64,000 nt of DNA from contig NC_082706.1 of NCBI RefSeq assembly GCF_030144855.1, forward strand, positions 149,172,001 to 149,236,000, given 5' to 3'. The position numbers and the translations under genes are program-made. Under the pieces are notes generated by a model. It was not told where the DNA came from, searched no databases, and saw only the letters and a program-made list of their open reading frames with translations. The DNA is from Hypanus sabinus (lineage: Eukaryota). Below, one piece after another: positions 41,876 to 54,690 of this stretch. Position 1 is the stretch's first letter. Each line of letters opens with the position of its first letter.

Positions 41876-42087
41876 TGATGCACCATCAATAACTCACACT
41901 GAGACGTAGGCGAGATATCGGCTTTTATTGACTGGAAGAAGGAACCAGGAGTGAGTGTCTATCATACAAGGTCCTGGAGACTGAGGCCGATCTTCAGGCC
42001 GCAGGTCTCCTTTATACAGGGGCCTGTGGGAGGAGCCACAGGAGCAGTCAGCAGGGGCGTGTCCCGACAGGCACATAGTTCACCACA
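41876..42087 (-). repeat. 5' LTR
   Basis: Minus-strand TATAAA (42011-42016), Inr-like TCAGTCT (~41982) and AATAAA (41924-41929). Confidence 0.97.
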
Positions 42088-42489
42088 ATGCTGTTCTTGC
42101 CTATTACTTAAAATGAATAGCCACATGCTATTTAATGTGTGTACTCTGGTAACTGGTTATAATTAGAAATGGGTCATCTGATTTTGGTTCTGGATTATAT
42201 GTAACTTTGCAGAATTCACTGAAAAAACATTTAACAGTAGAATTCTTAATTTCTGTTATTGAACCTATTCCGAATGTAATGTGTAGCTTAAATATTTCTT
42301 GCATTGTTAATATTCTAGCCATCCAACCTGGGATTAATCTTAATCCAGGAAGAAGTTGTACAACTGCCTCTTGAGAGTTTAGTTTTGAAGTTTTGACAAT
42401 GAGTGCTGTTTGGATTGCTTTGGTTGTGGAACTGTTTTGTTTACTTAAGAAAGCTTTGCTGGATTAACACATGGTATTGATTTAATTGT

Positions 42490-43105
42490 AGTTCAATGTA
42501 AATGTATTTTCTAAGTACACATATGTCACCATATACAACCTTGAGATTCATTTTCTTGCAGACATTCATACTAAATACAACAACCACCATCAAATCAATG
42601 AAAGACTATACCCAATTGGATGGCAAACAACTGTGCAAATACAACAAGAAAGAAAAAATGAAATAATAAGAATGGTAATAAATAAATAAGCAATAAATAT
42701 CGAACAGGAGATGAATTCTTGAAAGTGAGTCCATAGGTTGTGGGAATAGTTCAGTGATGGAACGAGTGAAGTTATCCCCTTTGGTTCAAGAGCCTGATGG
42801 TTGAGGGATAATGACTGTTCCTGAACCTGCTGGTGTAGGTCCTAAGGCTCCTGTCCCACCTGCTTGACTGCAGAAGAGAGCATGGCCTGGGTGATGGTGG
42901 TCCTTGACGATAGATGCTGCTTTCCTGTGACAGTGCTTAGTGTAGATATGCTCACTTGGTGGGGAGGGCTTTACCTGTGATAGTATGGGCCAAATGCTCT
43001 ACTTATTGCAGGCATTTCCATTTAAGGGCATTAGTGTTTCCATACTGGGCCGTGATGTAACCGGTCAATATACTCTCCACAATATTGAGGTTTGTCAACA
43101 TTTTA
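42490..43105 (-). mobile_element. Rex1/Babar-like LINE 3' fragment
   Basis: Reverse complement of the same 3' end as 19680-20640. Confidence 0.65.
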
Positions 43106-43625
43106 GATAATTAAAGTTGTAGAGTGAAGTCTCCCTGAAAAAGTATGTTGATTCTGAATATTTCCTGAATTCGACTTCTGTTTATTTTTATACATATTGA
43201 CAAATGGACCAGCAGTTTGTGATTTTGAAGGCAGTTCGCAGAAGATTCCCAAGATTGAGTTGAAGGGATCGTATAAGACGGTGATTGACAATCTGGATGC
43301 TCAGAGAGCATGACCCCCAGCTGAGTCATCCAGAAGTGGGGGACTGTAGCTTCAGATTTAAGATAGAGATGAGGAACTTTTCCTAAAGGTTGGGAATATT
43401 TGGAATTCTCTAACCCAGAATGTATGGAGAGTGAATCGTTGAATATATTTGAGGCTGAGACATTTTTTAATATAGTAAAGTCTGTGGGGAATGTGCAGGG
43501 AAATGGAATTGAAGCTAAAATATGATCAGCTATTATCTGAAAGTCCATATGGGTTACTCTGGCTCTTATTTCAATGCTTTTACAAATATTGATGTAACTG
43601 ATGACATAAATTCTGATATTCTTAA

Positions 43626-43850
<225 letters not shown>

Positions 43851-44474
43851 TGAAAATTCAATAATGTTTAAATTTATCTCATTGTTATTCTGATATTTTT
43901 TGGTATGGTTATGTTGCAGAAATGGAGTGGAAAAATAATGATATTTGGGCAAATCACACATTTGGATATGTGAGAAATTTTGTCTTGACAAGGGAGGAAT
44001 AATACTCCCATATATTCTTTCCTTCTGGTTTTTGCTGCTAAAGTACTTGTATCATGCCTTATTGCCGCTCTTTCCTTTATATGGTAATGTGATGTTTACA
44101 CTGAACTTTTTTTTAATAATGGATAACCAGTAGTGCATACAGTCACCTAACTGTCCCATTATGAACAAATTTATATAGACTAGGATAGAAGCTGTATCTC
44201 CATTTGTAAATGTATTGCTGCTTCTGATTTATTTTGAACAAATTGAATGAGGTTTTTCTTTTCATACAATTCAGACTTCTAAGAAAATTGTATAATTCCA
44301 TCAGCATGTTTCAAAGCACACCCCAAGAATAATATACAATATTTAAAATTCAAGGAGATATAACAACACAAAGGTAATATACCCCAAAGACTAGTGCAAA
44401 AAAGACTTCCAAAGGAAGAGAGATGGAGAGTTTTGAGGAGAGGATTCAAGTTATTGACAAATGACATCATTATC

Positions 44475-47400
44475 CAGTGATGCTCAAATATTTCTGATGT
44501 TCTTAACTAATATTTAATTTTAGGATCCTATGGATTACCCAGACCTAGAGAGCTCCCAGACCACATCCCCAGTGCCCCCCTCTCCCTTTCCAGCAATTGC
44601 ACAAAAAACTATAAAGAACTTTGACCTGAGCATGGTGAAAGAAAATAGAAGCTGCAAATTACAGTAAAAGCAATTTTCATCAATAATTTTAGAACATAAA
44701 TAGTAGTAGTCCAGCTATTCATTATTTAATTGCATTTTCAGCTTTCATAGAGATGGATGGACTTGATTCAGCAATAGCAGCTTCTCAACATCAGGCTGAA
44801 TGTCACTCAAAGAAACCCTAATCCCATGTTCAGTAATTTGCATTCTCTGTTTTGATGCTTTGAAAGAAGTTGGGTAACTGCACTGAAGCAATGATCACTA
44901 AATATGATGTTTGAAAGGCAGTAAAGAACATCTTGACCTTTTTCCATAGGGCAGGATGGCATTTAGAGATTTCTTTCTACAACCAAAAGTCTTGATAGGA
45001 TTTTTTTGAATGTCATCTTCAGCTCAGTCATTTTGTTGCGAGATTGTTTCTTCCTCCAAATTTACTGTTAATTCCTCATTACAAGTGTACAGAAATTGAT
45101 TTATTACCAAATCTGAAATTAGGATCGAGAGAAGATCCTGAAATCTCTGATTTGTCTTTATGCAGCTCACCCAGGCGGGCACAGTATACTTGAAAATTGC
45201 CATCTGGTATTCCTTCTTTCTTACTCTTTCAACTGGGAGGCTTGGAAGTTGTAAACTTCAACAATTCCTGAGCCTCCCTGAGACCAATGTTGCACTTGAA
45301 TAGAGTTAATTTGGGCAGAAATTTGTAGCCGACTGATTTGACTTTGAGATTCACATCATCTCTTTGCAATTGAAGATTGATTTTATTTAACTTTGTGAAT
45401 AATTCCAAGAAATAAATAATGCTATTAATAATATTCTTGAGTTGATTACAGAATGAAGCATTCAAGTCTTCAAAGAATTTTATCCCAGTTTCAAAAAGCA
45501 TATAAAGGTTTCTTAAGTAGTTTTCTTTTGAGAACCATCTAACTTCTGAATGTAACAGCAAGGAATCAAATTGTTCATCATTCTCAATACAAAGCTCTCA
45601 GAGTAGCCAAGATTTGAGGACATGGGACTTGTTTTTATTTACTGCTGTGATAACAGTATTTGATGATTTATGCACCCAATCACTTAGGTTTATTGCAAAA
45701 AGATGTTGTCTGAGAATGGCACAGTGAATGGTAAGTATAAAGCAAGAATATTGATGAGTAGAACGTCCTCTTTGAAAAATTGCTCAACAACCAGAAATAT
45801 TGACTTCCTCCTTGTTATCTGTTTATAGTCCACTTGTAAATAACAACTCTGGATCCATGCTTTCTTCTTTTATGAAGCAAACATAACAACAAAAAAACAA
45901 AGATTTGTTGCCTGGCAAGGTTAATTCATCCATCTGCAGAGCAAATACTGTTGGACAATGTGTCTTCCTCATTCTCAAACATTACATCTATCCACCTATT
46001 GATCTGGTGGCTTGTTCAAAGCCATACTCAAACTTTCTGTTGCTGCTGACAGAATCAGTTCTCCAATTGTCTGGAACTTTCCAGATTTGGCAATGAATCA
46101 GAATTGGGTTTATTGTCACTAGTAGGTGTCGTGAAATTTGTCTACTTAGCAACAGCAGAAAAATGCAATGCATGATAATATAGAAGAAAAAAATAAATCA
46201 GTAAATCAATTAGAGTAAGTACAAACAAGAGAAAATCTGCAGATGCTGGAAATCCAGGCAACACACACACAAAATGCTGGAGGAACTCAACAGACCAGGC
46301 AGAATCTATGGAAAAGAGTATAGTTGATGATTTGGGCCAAGAACCTTCAGCAGGACTGCAGAAAAAAAAAGCTAAAAAATAGTTTTAAAAGTTGGGGGTA
46401 GGAGAAGGAGAAACACAAGGTGATAGGTGAAACCTGAAGGGGGTGGGATGAAGTAAAGAACTGGGAAGTTGGTGAAAGAGACTGAAGGCCAGGGAAGAAA
46501 GTAAAGGGAGGAGGAGCATCAGAGGGAGATGATGGGCAGGCAAGGATATGTATATTTAAAAATAGTACAAAAACAGAAATAATATAATTTTTTAAAGAAG
46601 TGAGAGTGTTCAATGTCCATTTAGGAATCGAATGACAGAGGAAGAAGCTGTTCCTGAGTCAGAGTGTGTGCCTTTAGGCTTCCTGACGGTAACTATGAGA
46701 AAAGGGCATTCCCAGGGTGATGGGGTCCTTAATAATAGTCGTCACCTTTCTGAAGCACCACTCCTTGAAGATGTCTTGGATACTGTGAGCAATAGCATGT
46801 TGTATGAAGCACGCAAACCATCGCTGTTTTGTTAGGAAGTAATGGCAAACATGTTTTGAAGTGTTTTCTGTTTCTAAAAGTTTTCGCAAAGTGACTGAAA
46901 ATAACCCAAGTTTTTACTTGCTTTATCAATATTCTCTTCAAATGTTCAAGGAGCCTGGATGGTTTCATAGCCTCATTTGAAAAACTTTCACACAACAGAC
47001 ACATTGGCTATTGTTGGTTGCTGAGTGCTGATATAAATCCATATTTCAGATATTCCACACTATATTTCACACTTCTATTTCATTTAGTCTGCCTCTGCCA
47101 TTTTTATTGCGGATTAATAACCCGATTAATAATCCTATATTAATATAGGATTAATATGTGCCTACTGTTTAAGTCCTCAAGTTGCTGTCAATAAAGGGGA
47201 AAGTAATAACATCATAATAGCTCAGGCAAAACCTGACTGTCTGCCTGAAAGTACATGAAGTGGGCAGCGATATCTCTGTTGGGCTGTAGGCTAGAGAAAT
47301 GTGGTCAAGACCATTCAAAAGGGCAGATTCTGAACTTTACCCTATTGAGTGACACACCATAATTCACCGGAATTGTCTGCCTGCGTGATTAGGGTTTGGG

Positions 47401-47797
47401 AATCATAGTAGCTAACGCTGTACTACAGTAGTGAATGGCAATAATGCATGGGCCAGGCCCAATAATAACACAATTTCTTTAGTCCCAATTTCTCATGATA
47501 ATGCCAAGTACAGAAATGTCACACTTCTTCAACAACTATAACACGCTTCGAGCAAAGTCTAAGAGAGCGTGTGTTAGCAGGACATGAGGTGATTAGGTGA
47601 TAATTGTAATCAGTTATGAGGCACTGATGATCAAATACTTTTAATAATTACTTTGTTTCTTACATTAAGCCGGTAATCCCTCAGCTGCCCCTCTTGCTAG
47701 TAAGTGCACCCCACTGTCTCCCTACTTTATTCTCCCCACCCTTTAGAAACTCCTACCAGTCCCAGGGTGATGATACTGCCCACTTTGGGAACCACTG
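44475..47797 (-). mobile_element. Decayed autonomous-type hAT (Buster/Charlie) transposon with nested insertions
   Basis: Transposase pseudogene ~47101 to 44746: EYLKYGFI...PMCLLCESFSNEAMKPSRLLEH (BED-like finger), LLHSEVRWFSK, C-terminal FSAVTQLLSK. TIR TTTGGGAACCACTG ends at 47797; a possible degenerate TIR CAGTGATGCTCAAA starts at 44475, with no convincing TSD. Rex1-like and Penelope fragments are nested at ~46095-46786. Confidence 0.8.
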
Positions 47798-48024
47798 ACA
47801 TAGATATTTTCAATCCCTTCTCACATTTTTCCATTCTATATTTTTTCAGGTGCAACTTATTGTAAACTATTGCAATTTATATACTTCCTTTCCTAACTGT
47901 TTAGGATATTTTAAAAAAGTCAGTATTGTTTGCTGTCTATAGCAGCATTCAGTCTCCTAATTACATTACTGAACCTTCAGTGTTGAGAAATGGATTTTGC
48001 TCCTTTCAGCCTTTTTGGTCCAAC

Positions 48025-49110
48025 TCCATGGATTGAAAATTGGCTGACTGACAGGAAACAAAGAGTAGCGATTAACGGGTCCCTTTCGGAATGGCAGGCT
48101 GTGACCAGTGGGGTACCGCAAGGTTCGGTACTGGAACCGCAGCTGTTTACAATATACATTAATAATTTAGATGAAGGGATTAAAAGTAACATTAGCAAAT
48201 TTGCTGATGACACAAAGCTGGGTGGCAGTGTGAAACGTCAAGAGGATGTTGTGAGAATGCAGGGTGACTTGGACAGGTTGGGTGAGTGGGCAAATGAATG
48301 GCAGATGCAGTTTAATGTGGATAAATGAGAGGTTATCCACTTTGGTGGCAAGAACAGGAAGGCAGATTACTATCTAAATGGAGTCAAGTTGGGAAAAGGG
48401 GAAGTACAACGAGACCTAGGTGTTCTTGTACATCAGTCAATGAAAGCAAGCATGCAGGTACAGCAGGCAGTGAAGAAAGCTAATGGCATGCTGGCTTTTA
48501 TAACATGAGGAATTGAGTATAGGAGTAAAGAGGTCCTTCTGCAGCTGTACAGGGCCCTGGTGAGACCCCAACTGGAGTATTGTGTGCAGTTTTGGTCTCC
48601 AAATTTGAGGAAGGACATTCTTGCTATTGAGAGAGTGCAGCGTAGGTTCACAAGGTTAATTCCCGGAATGGCGGGACTGTCATATGTTGACAGATTGGAG
48701 CGACTGGGCTTGTATACACTGGAATTTAGAAGGATGAGAGGGGATCTGATTGAAATATATAAGATTATTAAGGGATTGGACACACTGGAGGCAGGAAGCA
48801 TGTTCCTAGAGGCCACAGTTTAAGAATAAGGGGTAGGCCATTTAGAACAGAGATGCGGAAAAACTTTTTCACCCAGAGAGTGATGGATATGTGGAATGCT
48901 CTGCCCCAGAAGGCAGTGGAGGCCAAGTCTCTGGATGCATTCAAGTGAGAGTTAGATAAAGGTCTTATAGATAGCGGGGTCAAGGGATATGGGGAGAGGG
49001 CAGGAACGGGGTACTGATTGTGTATGATCAGCCATGATCACAGTGAATGGTGGTGCTGGCTAGAAGGGCCGAATGGCCCACTCCTGCACCTACTGTCTGT
49101 TGTCTGTTGA
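48025..49110 (+). mobile_element. 5'-truncated CR1 LINE (RT and 3' UTR)
   Basis: WIENWLTDRKQRV...SGVPQGSVL...SKFADDTKL, RPQLEYCVQFWSP; premature stops; short tail CTGTTGTCTGTTG. Confidence 0.92.
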
Positions 49111-50244
49111 GCTGAGTTTATATCTGTGTTGCTGCATTCCTCTCAAACTAGATATTTGATTTTGGTGTTTTGTTTCTAAACAAGTCTGCATATCTCTTAT
49201 AATTTACTTATAAATATCTGTCAGTCCAAGATTCAAGTTAACAATTGACCATGTGACACTTGCTGTTTGCAGAAAGGCGTCCAAGGTTCTATCACCCTTT
49301 GTTTTTCTTGAATTGATTAGATACAGTTCTTAAATTCATGGAAGGGTCAGAGACCAGTAAATATAATTTACTTATCACTTTATCTAACAAAACTATTTTG
49401 ATAAGCCTATATCTTGTCCCACTCTCTTGCTGGTATAATCGGTATAACTTATTTTATAAATGTTCATTAGATTGTCATTTACCCCAATTTACTTAAAGAA
49501 TATTTATTTTCACTTTGCTGATGTCAACCTTATCTATATCCTTAACTGTTACATTATTCTCCCTTTCTGACAGAATATTAAACTCTTCATACTTTGATTG
49601 CCTTTAAATAAAATGTGTACACAAATTATTGTTCTTAACTAAATCTAGTTTAACATTTATTACTAAATTGAATATGAGATTTGATATAGGAGCAGAATTA
49701 TTCTGCTTCATCATTCAATCATGACTGATTTTTTTCTTTCAATGTCATTCTCCACCTTTTTCCCTGTAACTCTTAATCCCCCCCCCCCCCCACCCCACTC
49801 ATCCAGAACCTATCTATCTCTGCTTTAAATACATCCAGTGACTTGGCCTCCAAGACCTCTATACATATTCCACAGATTCAACACCCTTTGGTTAAAGAAA
49901 TTGCCCTTCATCTCAATTTTAAAGGATGCTTCTTTATTCAGGTGATCTCCCCTCTGATCCTTTGCAGTTACATCTTCTCATCTTATCTCACTCCTTGCTA
50001 TTCGTTTAATTTCATTTTTTTTACCAACGGGGCCACCTCTTCCCATTTGCCCGTCTTTTCTATTGAATACTTAGCTACCAACTCTGGTCGTCTTGAGGCT
50101 ATGTCTCCTATGATGCCAATGACATCATACCCATCAACTTAGATCTATGCTGTAAACTCATTTAACTTGATACATATACTGCGTGCATTCAAATACAATA
50201 TGTCAGTCCTTTTTGTGCTTCTCCACTCTAATTGTTCCCTTGTT

Positions 50245-50852
50245 ATATAACCATATAACAATTACAGCACGGAAACAGGCCATCTCGGCCCTTCTAGTAT
50301 GTGCCGAATGCTTACTCTCACCTAGTCCCACTGACCTGCACTCAGCCCATAAACCTCCATTCCTTTCCTGTCCATATACCTTTTCAATTTTACTTTAAAT
50401 GACAATATCGAACCTGCCTCTACCACTTCTACGGGAAGCTCATTTCACACAGCTACCACTCTCTGAGTAAAGAACTTCCCCCTCGTGTTACCTCTAAACT
50501 TTAACTCTCCTTAACTCTCGTCCTTTTGTTTGAATCTCCCCTACTCTCAATGGAAAAAGCCTATCCACATCAACTCTATCTATCCCTTCATAATTTTAAA
50601 TACTTCTATCAAGTCCCCCCTCAACCTTCTATGCTCCAAAGAATAAAGACCTAACTTGTTCAACTTTTCTCTCTAACTTAGGTGCTGAAACCCAGGTAAC
50701 ATTCTAAAAAATCTTCTCTGTACTCTCTCTATTTTGTTGACATCTTTCCTTAATTCGGTGACCAGGCTGTACACAATACTCCAAATTTGGCCTCACCAAT
50801 GCCTTGTACAATTTTAACATTACACCCCAACTCCTATACTCAATACTCTGAT
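50245..50852 (-). mobile_element. CR1 3' fragment nested in an older CR1
   Basis: Reverse-complement CR1 ORF2 C-terminus and 3' UTR. Flanking DNA (~49680-53150) is an older decayed CR1 including an ORF1 VVVIGNSIVR motif at ~51450-51480. Confidence 0.75.
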
Positions 50853-51541
50853 TAAATGCTCTGATTGTTGCCTAAAGTGAGATTCTTAACCCTTTGAAAA
50901 CTCTCTGTTCTACTTTTTAATCTGGAAACTTTAATAACCCCTCTTGTGTTGTGTTGTGTTATCTTAAACTTCTCAATTTTTCATGCTGTTAAACACACCC
51001 CACTAGTGTTGAATTTAAAGCCCTGTCTACAGCCCTACTGATGGGTCTCATGTTCTGGTGTGATTTTTAGATGGAGCTTGTCCCACTGGAACAGTTCCTC
51101 TTTCTTCATTTACAGAACTAGTGTCCTATGAATTCAAACCTACTTCTCCCCTGTTTGCCTCTTTAGTCTTGTTGACTGTATGTTAATTAGTGTGTGGCTC
51201 AGGTAGCAATCCAGAGATTATTACCTTTTTTTTGGTTCTTTTTAATTCCTAGCTGGTTATATTCCTTTGACAGAACTTACTTCCTTGTTTTGTATATCAT
51301 TAGTACCTTCATGGACCATGACAACTGTGGCTTTTTTCTCCCATTCCAGTTTCCTCGACAGACCAGATGAAATGTCCAGAACCAGGGCATCAGAAAGGCA
51401 TCACAGCTATTGGAACCTTTAACCCTGGAAACAGAGAGCTCTTCTTAGGCCCTGACTATGCTATTTCCAATTACAACTACATTTCTCTTCTCTCTCCCCC
51501 CTCGCTCTTGAATGGCATTCTAAGCCAAAATCCTATGGTTA

Positions 51542-52512
51542 ACTTCTGCCACCTCCAATGGGATCCCACTACCAAGCACATCTTTCTCTCCCCCCCCTTT
51601 CTGCTTTCTACAGGGATCACTCCCTACGAGACTCCCTTGTCCGCTCGTCCCCCCCCCCCCCCCCATCCCGTCCCACCGATCTCCCACCTGGCACTTATCC
51701 TTGTAAGCGGAACAAGTGCTACACCTGCCCTTACACTTCTTTCCTCACCCCCATTCAGGTCCCCAGATAGTCCTTCCAGGTGAGGTGACACTTCACCTGT
51801 GAGTCGACTGGTGTGGTATAATGTGTCCGGTGCTCCCGGTGTGGCCTTTTATATATTGGTGAGACCCGACGCAGACTGGGAGACCGTTTCGCTGAACACC
51901 TACGCTCGGTCCACAAGAAAAAGCAGGATCTCCCAGTGGCCACACATTTTAATTCCACGTCCCATTCCCATTCTGATATGTCTATCCATGGCCTCCTCTA
52001 TTGTCAAAATGAATCCAAACTCAGGTTGGAGGAACAACACCTTGTATACCGGCTGGGTAGCCTCCAACCTGATGGCATGAACATTGACTTCTCTAACTTC
52101 CGTTAATGCCCCTCCTCCCCTTCTTACTCCATTCCTGACATATTTAGTTGTTTGCCTGTTCTCCATCTCCCTCTGGTGCTTCTTCCCCCCCCCCCCCCCT
52201 CCCTCTCCTGAGGCCTTCTGTCCCATGATCCTTTCCCTTCTCCAGCTCTGTATCACTTTCACCAATCACCTTTCCAGCTCTTAGCTTCATCCCACCCCCT
52301 CCGGTCTTCTCCTATCATTTTGCATTTCTCCCTCCCCCAACTACTTTCAAATCTCTCACTATCTTTCCTTTCAGTTAGTCCTGATGAAGGGTCTCAGCCC
52401 GAAATGTTGACAGTGCTTTTCCTATAGATGCTGCCTGGCCTGCTGTGTTCCACCAGCATTTTGTGTGTGTTGTTGTTTGAATTTCCAGCATCTGCAGATT
52501 TCCTCGTGTTTG
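51542..52512 (+). mobile_element. 5'-truncated Penelope-like element (GIY-YIG endonuclease, Neptune-like)
   Basis: GTYPCKRNKCYTCPY zinc motif, then FTCESTGVV*CVRCSRCGLLYIGETRRRLGDRFAEHLRSV...EEQHLVYRLGSLQPDGMN. 12 bp flanking duplication ATCCTATGGTTA (51530-51541, 52513-52524). Confidence 0.9.
52376..52413 (+). ncRNA. Minimal type I hammerhead ribozyme motif in the Penelope-like terminal repeat
   Basis: GTC-CTGATGA-AGGGTCTCAGCCC-GAAA-TGTT-GAC: both conserved boxes, stem I GTC/GAC, a GGG/CCC-closed stem II and a vestigial stem III. Confidence 0.7.
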
Positions 52513-53149
52513 ATCCTATGGTTAGGTTGTCATTCCTTCCTACTTCCCCACTCTCATCCACACAGGATGATCTTTGCTATTTATACCACTTAATAACTTA
52601 TATTATTATAAAGATGTTTGGCCATAGTTCTGAAAGTGCATTAGCAATAGCTAGCACATTATACCCCAACTTGAAATTGCATCTGCAGTTCATTCAGTTA
52701 ATTCTTTGTAAAGGCAGGTCTTTTATGCCTTGTGCCTTACCTGCCCTTCAGCCCTAATATTTCTTAATTTATCTTCCCTAAACATAATCTCCTAGTTTTC
52801 CTTTGACCTTTAATGTTCCTGGCACAGTTTCTGAGGGACACACTTTTTTTCTTTTATAAGACCTGTTATCTTTCCTGCCTTAACATTTCCCTTCCTCTTG
52901 TGTACCAGTTTGAAGCTTTCCTTATTTCAGTCTTTATGTTAACCCCCTGGTCTCTTCTAAAATGGAAATTGGTCCCAGTATTCCCCAAATTGGATTCACT
53001 CTTTCCACTCTTTCCCTTCAGCTATGTGTTCATCTCCTTTATTTGTATATTCCTATGATGACTTGCATGTTAATCGGGTAGTAATCCAGGGACTATAACC
53101 CTCTAAGTTTTCAGGTACTTTCGAAACTGCATTTGTCTGCATTTACTTA

Positions 53150-54690
53150 TAGAACATAGAACAGTACAGCACATTATTGGTCCTTTGGCCCACAATGTTG
53201 TGCCGACCCTCAATCCCTGCCTCCCATATAACCCCCACACCTTAAATTCCTCCAAATACCTGTCTAGTAGTCTCTTAAACTTCACTAGTCTATCTGCCTC
53301 CACCATTGACTCAGGCAGTGCATCCCATGCACCAACCACTCTCTGAGTGAAAAACCTTCCTCTAATATCCCCCTTGAACTTCCCTCCCCTTACCTTAAAG
53401 CCATATCCTCTTGTACTGAGCAGTGGTGCCCTGGGGAAGAGGCGCTGGCTGTCCACTCTGTCTATTCCTCTTAATATCTTGTACACCTCTATCATGTCTC
53501 CTCTCATCCTCCTCTCCAAAGAGTAAAGCCCTAGCTCCCTTAATCTCTGATCATAATCCATACTCTCTAAACCAGGCAGCATCCTGGTAAGTCTTCTTTA
53601 TACCCTTTCCAATGCTTCCACATCCTTCCTATAATGAGGCGACCAGAACTGGACACAGTACTCCAAGTGTGGCCTAACTAGAGTTTTATAGAGCTGCAAC
53701 ATTACATCGCGTCTCTTAAACTCTCCCTCAACTTATGAAAGCTAACACCCCATAAACTTTCTTAACTGCCCTATCTATCTGTGAGGCAACTTTCAGGGAT
53801 CTGTGGACATGTACCCCCAGATCCCTCTGCTCCTCCACACTACCAAGTATCCTGCCATTTACTTTGTACTCTGCCTTGGAGTTTGTCCTTCCAAAATGTA
53901 CCACCTCACTCTTCTCCGGGTTGAACTCCATCTGCCTCTTCTCAGCCCACTTCTGCATCCTATCAATGTCTCTCTGCAATCTTCGACAATCCTCTACACT
54001 ATCTACAAACCACCAACCTTTGTGTCGTCTGCAAACTTCCCAACCCACCCTTCTACCCCCACATCCAGGTTGTTAATAAAAATCACAAAAAGTAGAGGTC
54101 CCAGATCAGATCCTTGTGGGGCACCACTAGTCACAACCCTCCAATCTGAATGTACTCCCTCCACCACGACCCTCTGCCTTCTGCAGGCAAGCCAATTCTG
54201 AATCCATCTGGCCAAACTTCCCTGGATCCCGTGCCTTGTGAGTTTCTGAATAAGCCTACCATGTGGAACCTTGTCAAATGCTTTACTAAAATCCATGTAG
54301 ATCACATCCACTGCACTACCCTCATCTATATGCCTGGTCACCTCCTCAAAGAACTCTTATCAGGCTTGTTAGGCACGATCTGCCCTTCACAAAGCCATGC
54401 TGACTGTCCCTGATCAGACCATGATTCTCTAAATGCCCATAGATCCTATCTCTAAGAATCTTTTCCAACAGCTTTCCCACCACAGAAGTAAGGCTCACTG
54501 GACTATAATTACTTGGACTATCCCTACTACCTTTTTTGAACAAGAATGCAACATTCGCCTCCCTCCAATCCTCCCGTACCATTCCCGTGGACAACGCGGA
54601 CATAAAGATCCTAGCCAGAGGCTCAGCAAACTCTTCCCTTGCCTCGTGGAGCAGCCTGGGGAATATTCCGTCAGGCCCCGGGGACTTGTT
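53150..54690 (-). mobile_element. 5'-truncated CR1 LINE (frameshifted ORF2)
   Basis: [58 protein letters not shown]; tail ATAGAACATAGAAC on +. Confidence 0.92.

Larger units (their letters stand above)
37613..42087 (-). mobile_element. Full-length Ty3/gypsy LTR retrotransposon (Mag-like), recent insertion
   Basis: Two 212 bp LTRs with TG...CA ends, 5 bp TSD ATGCT (37608-37612, 42088-42092), PPT AAGGGGGGGTGAA next to the 3' LTR, domain order gag-PR-RT-RNaseH-IN. Confidence 0.97.

Noticed and set aside
37688-41909. Many + strand ORFs overlapping the retrotransposon (possible antisense or env gene)
   Set aside because: Shadow ORFs of GC-rich pol with no motifs; there is no room for env between the integrase stop and the PPT.
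44746-47101. Domesticated ZBED/GTF2IRD2-like gene
   Set aside because: Multiple stops, frameshifts and nested insertions; a dead transposase.
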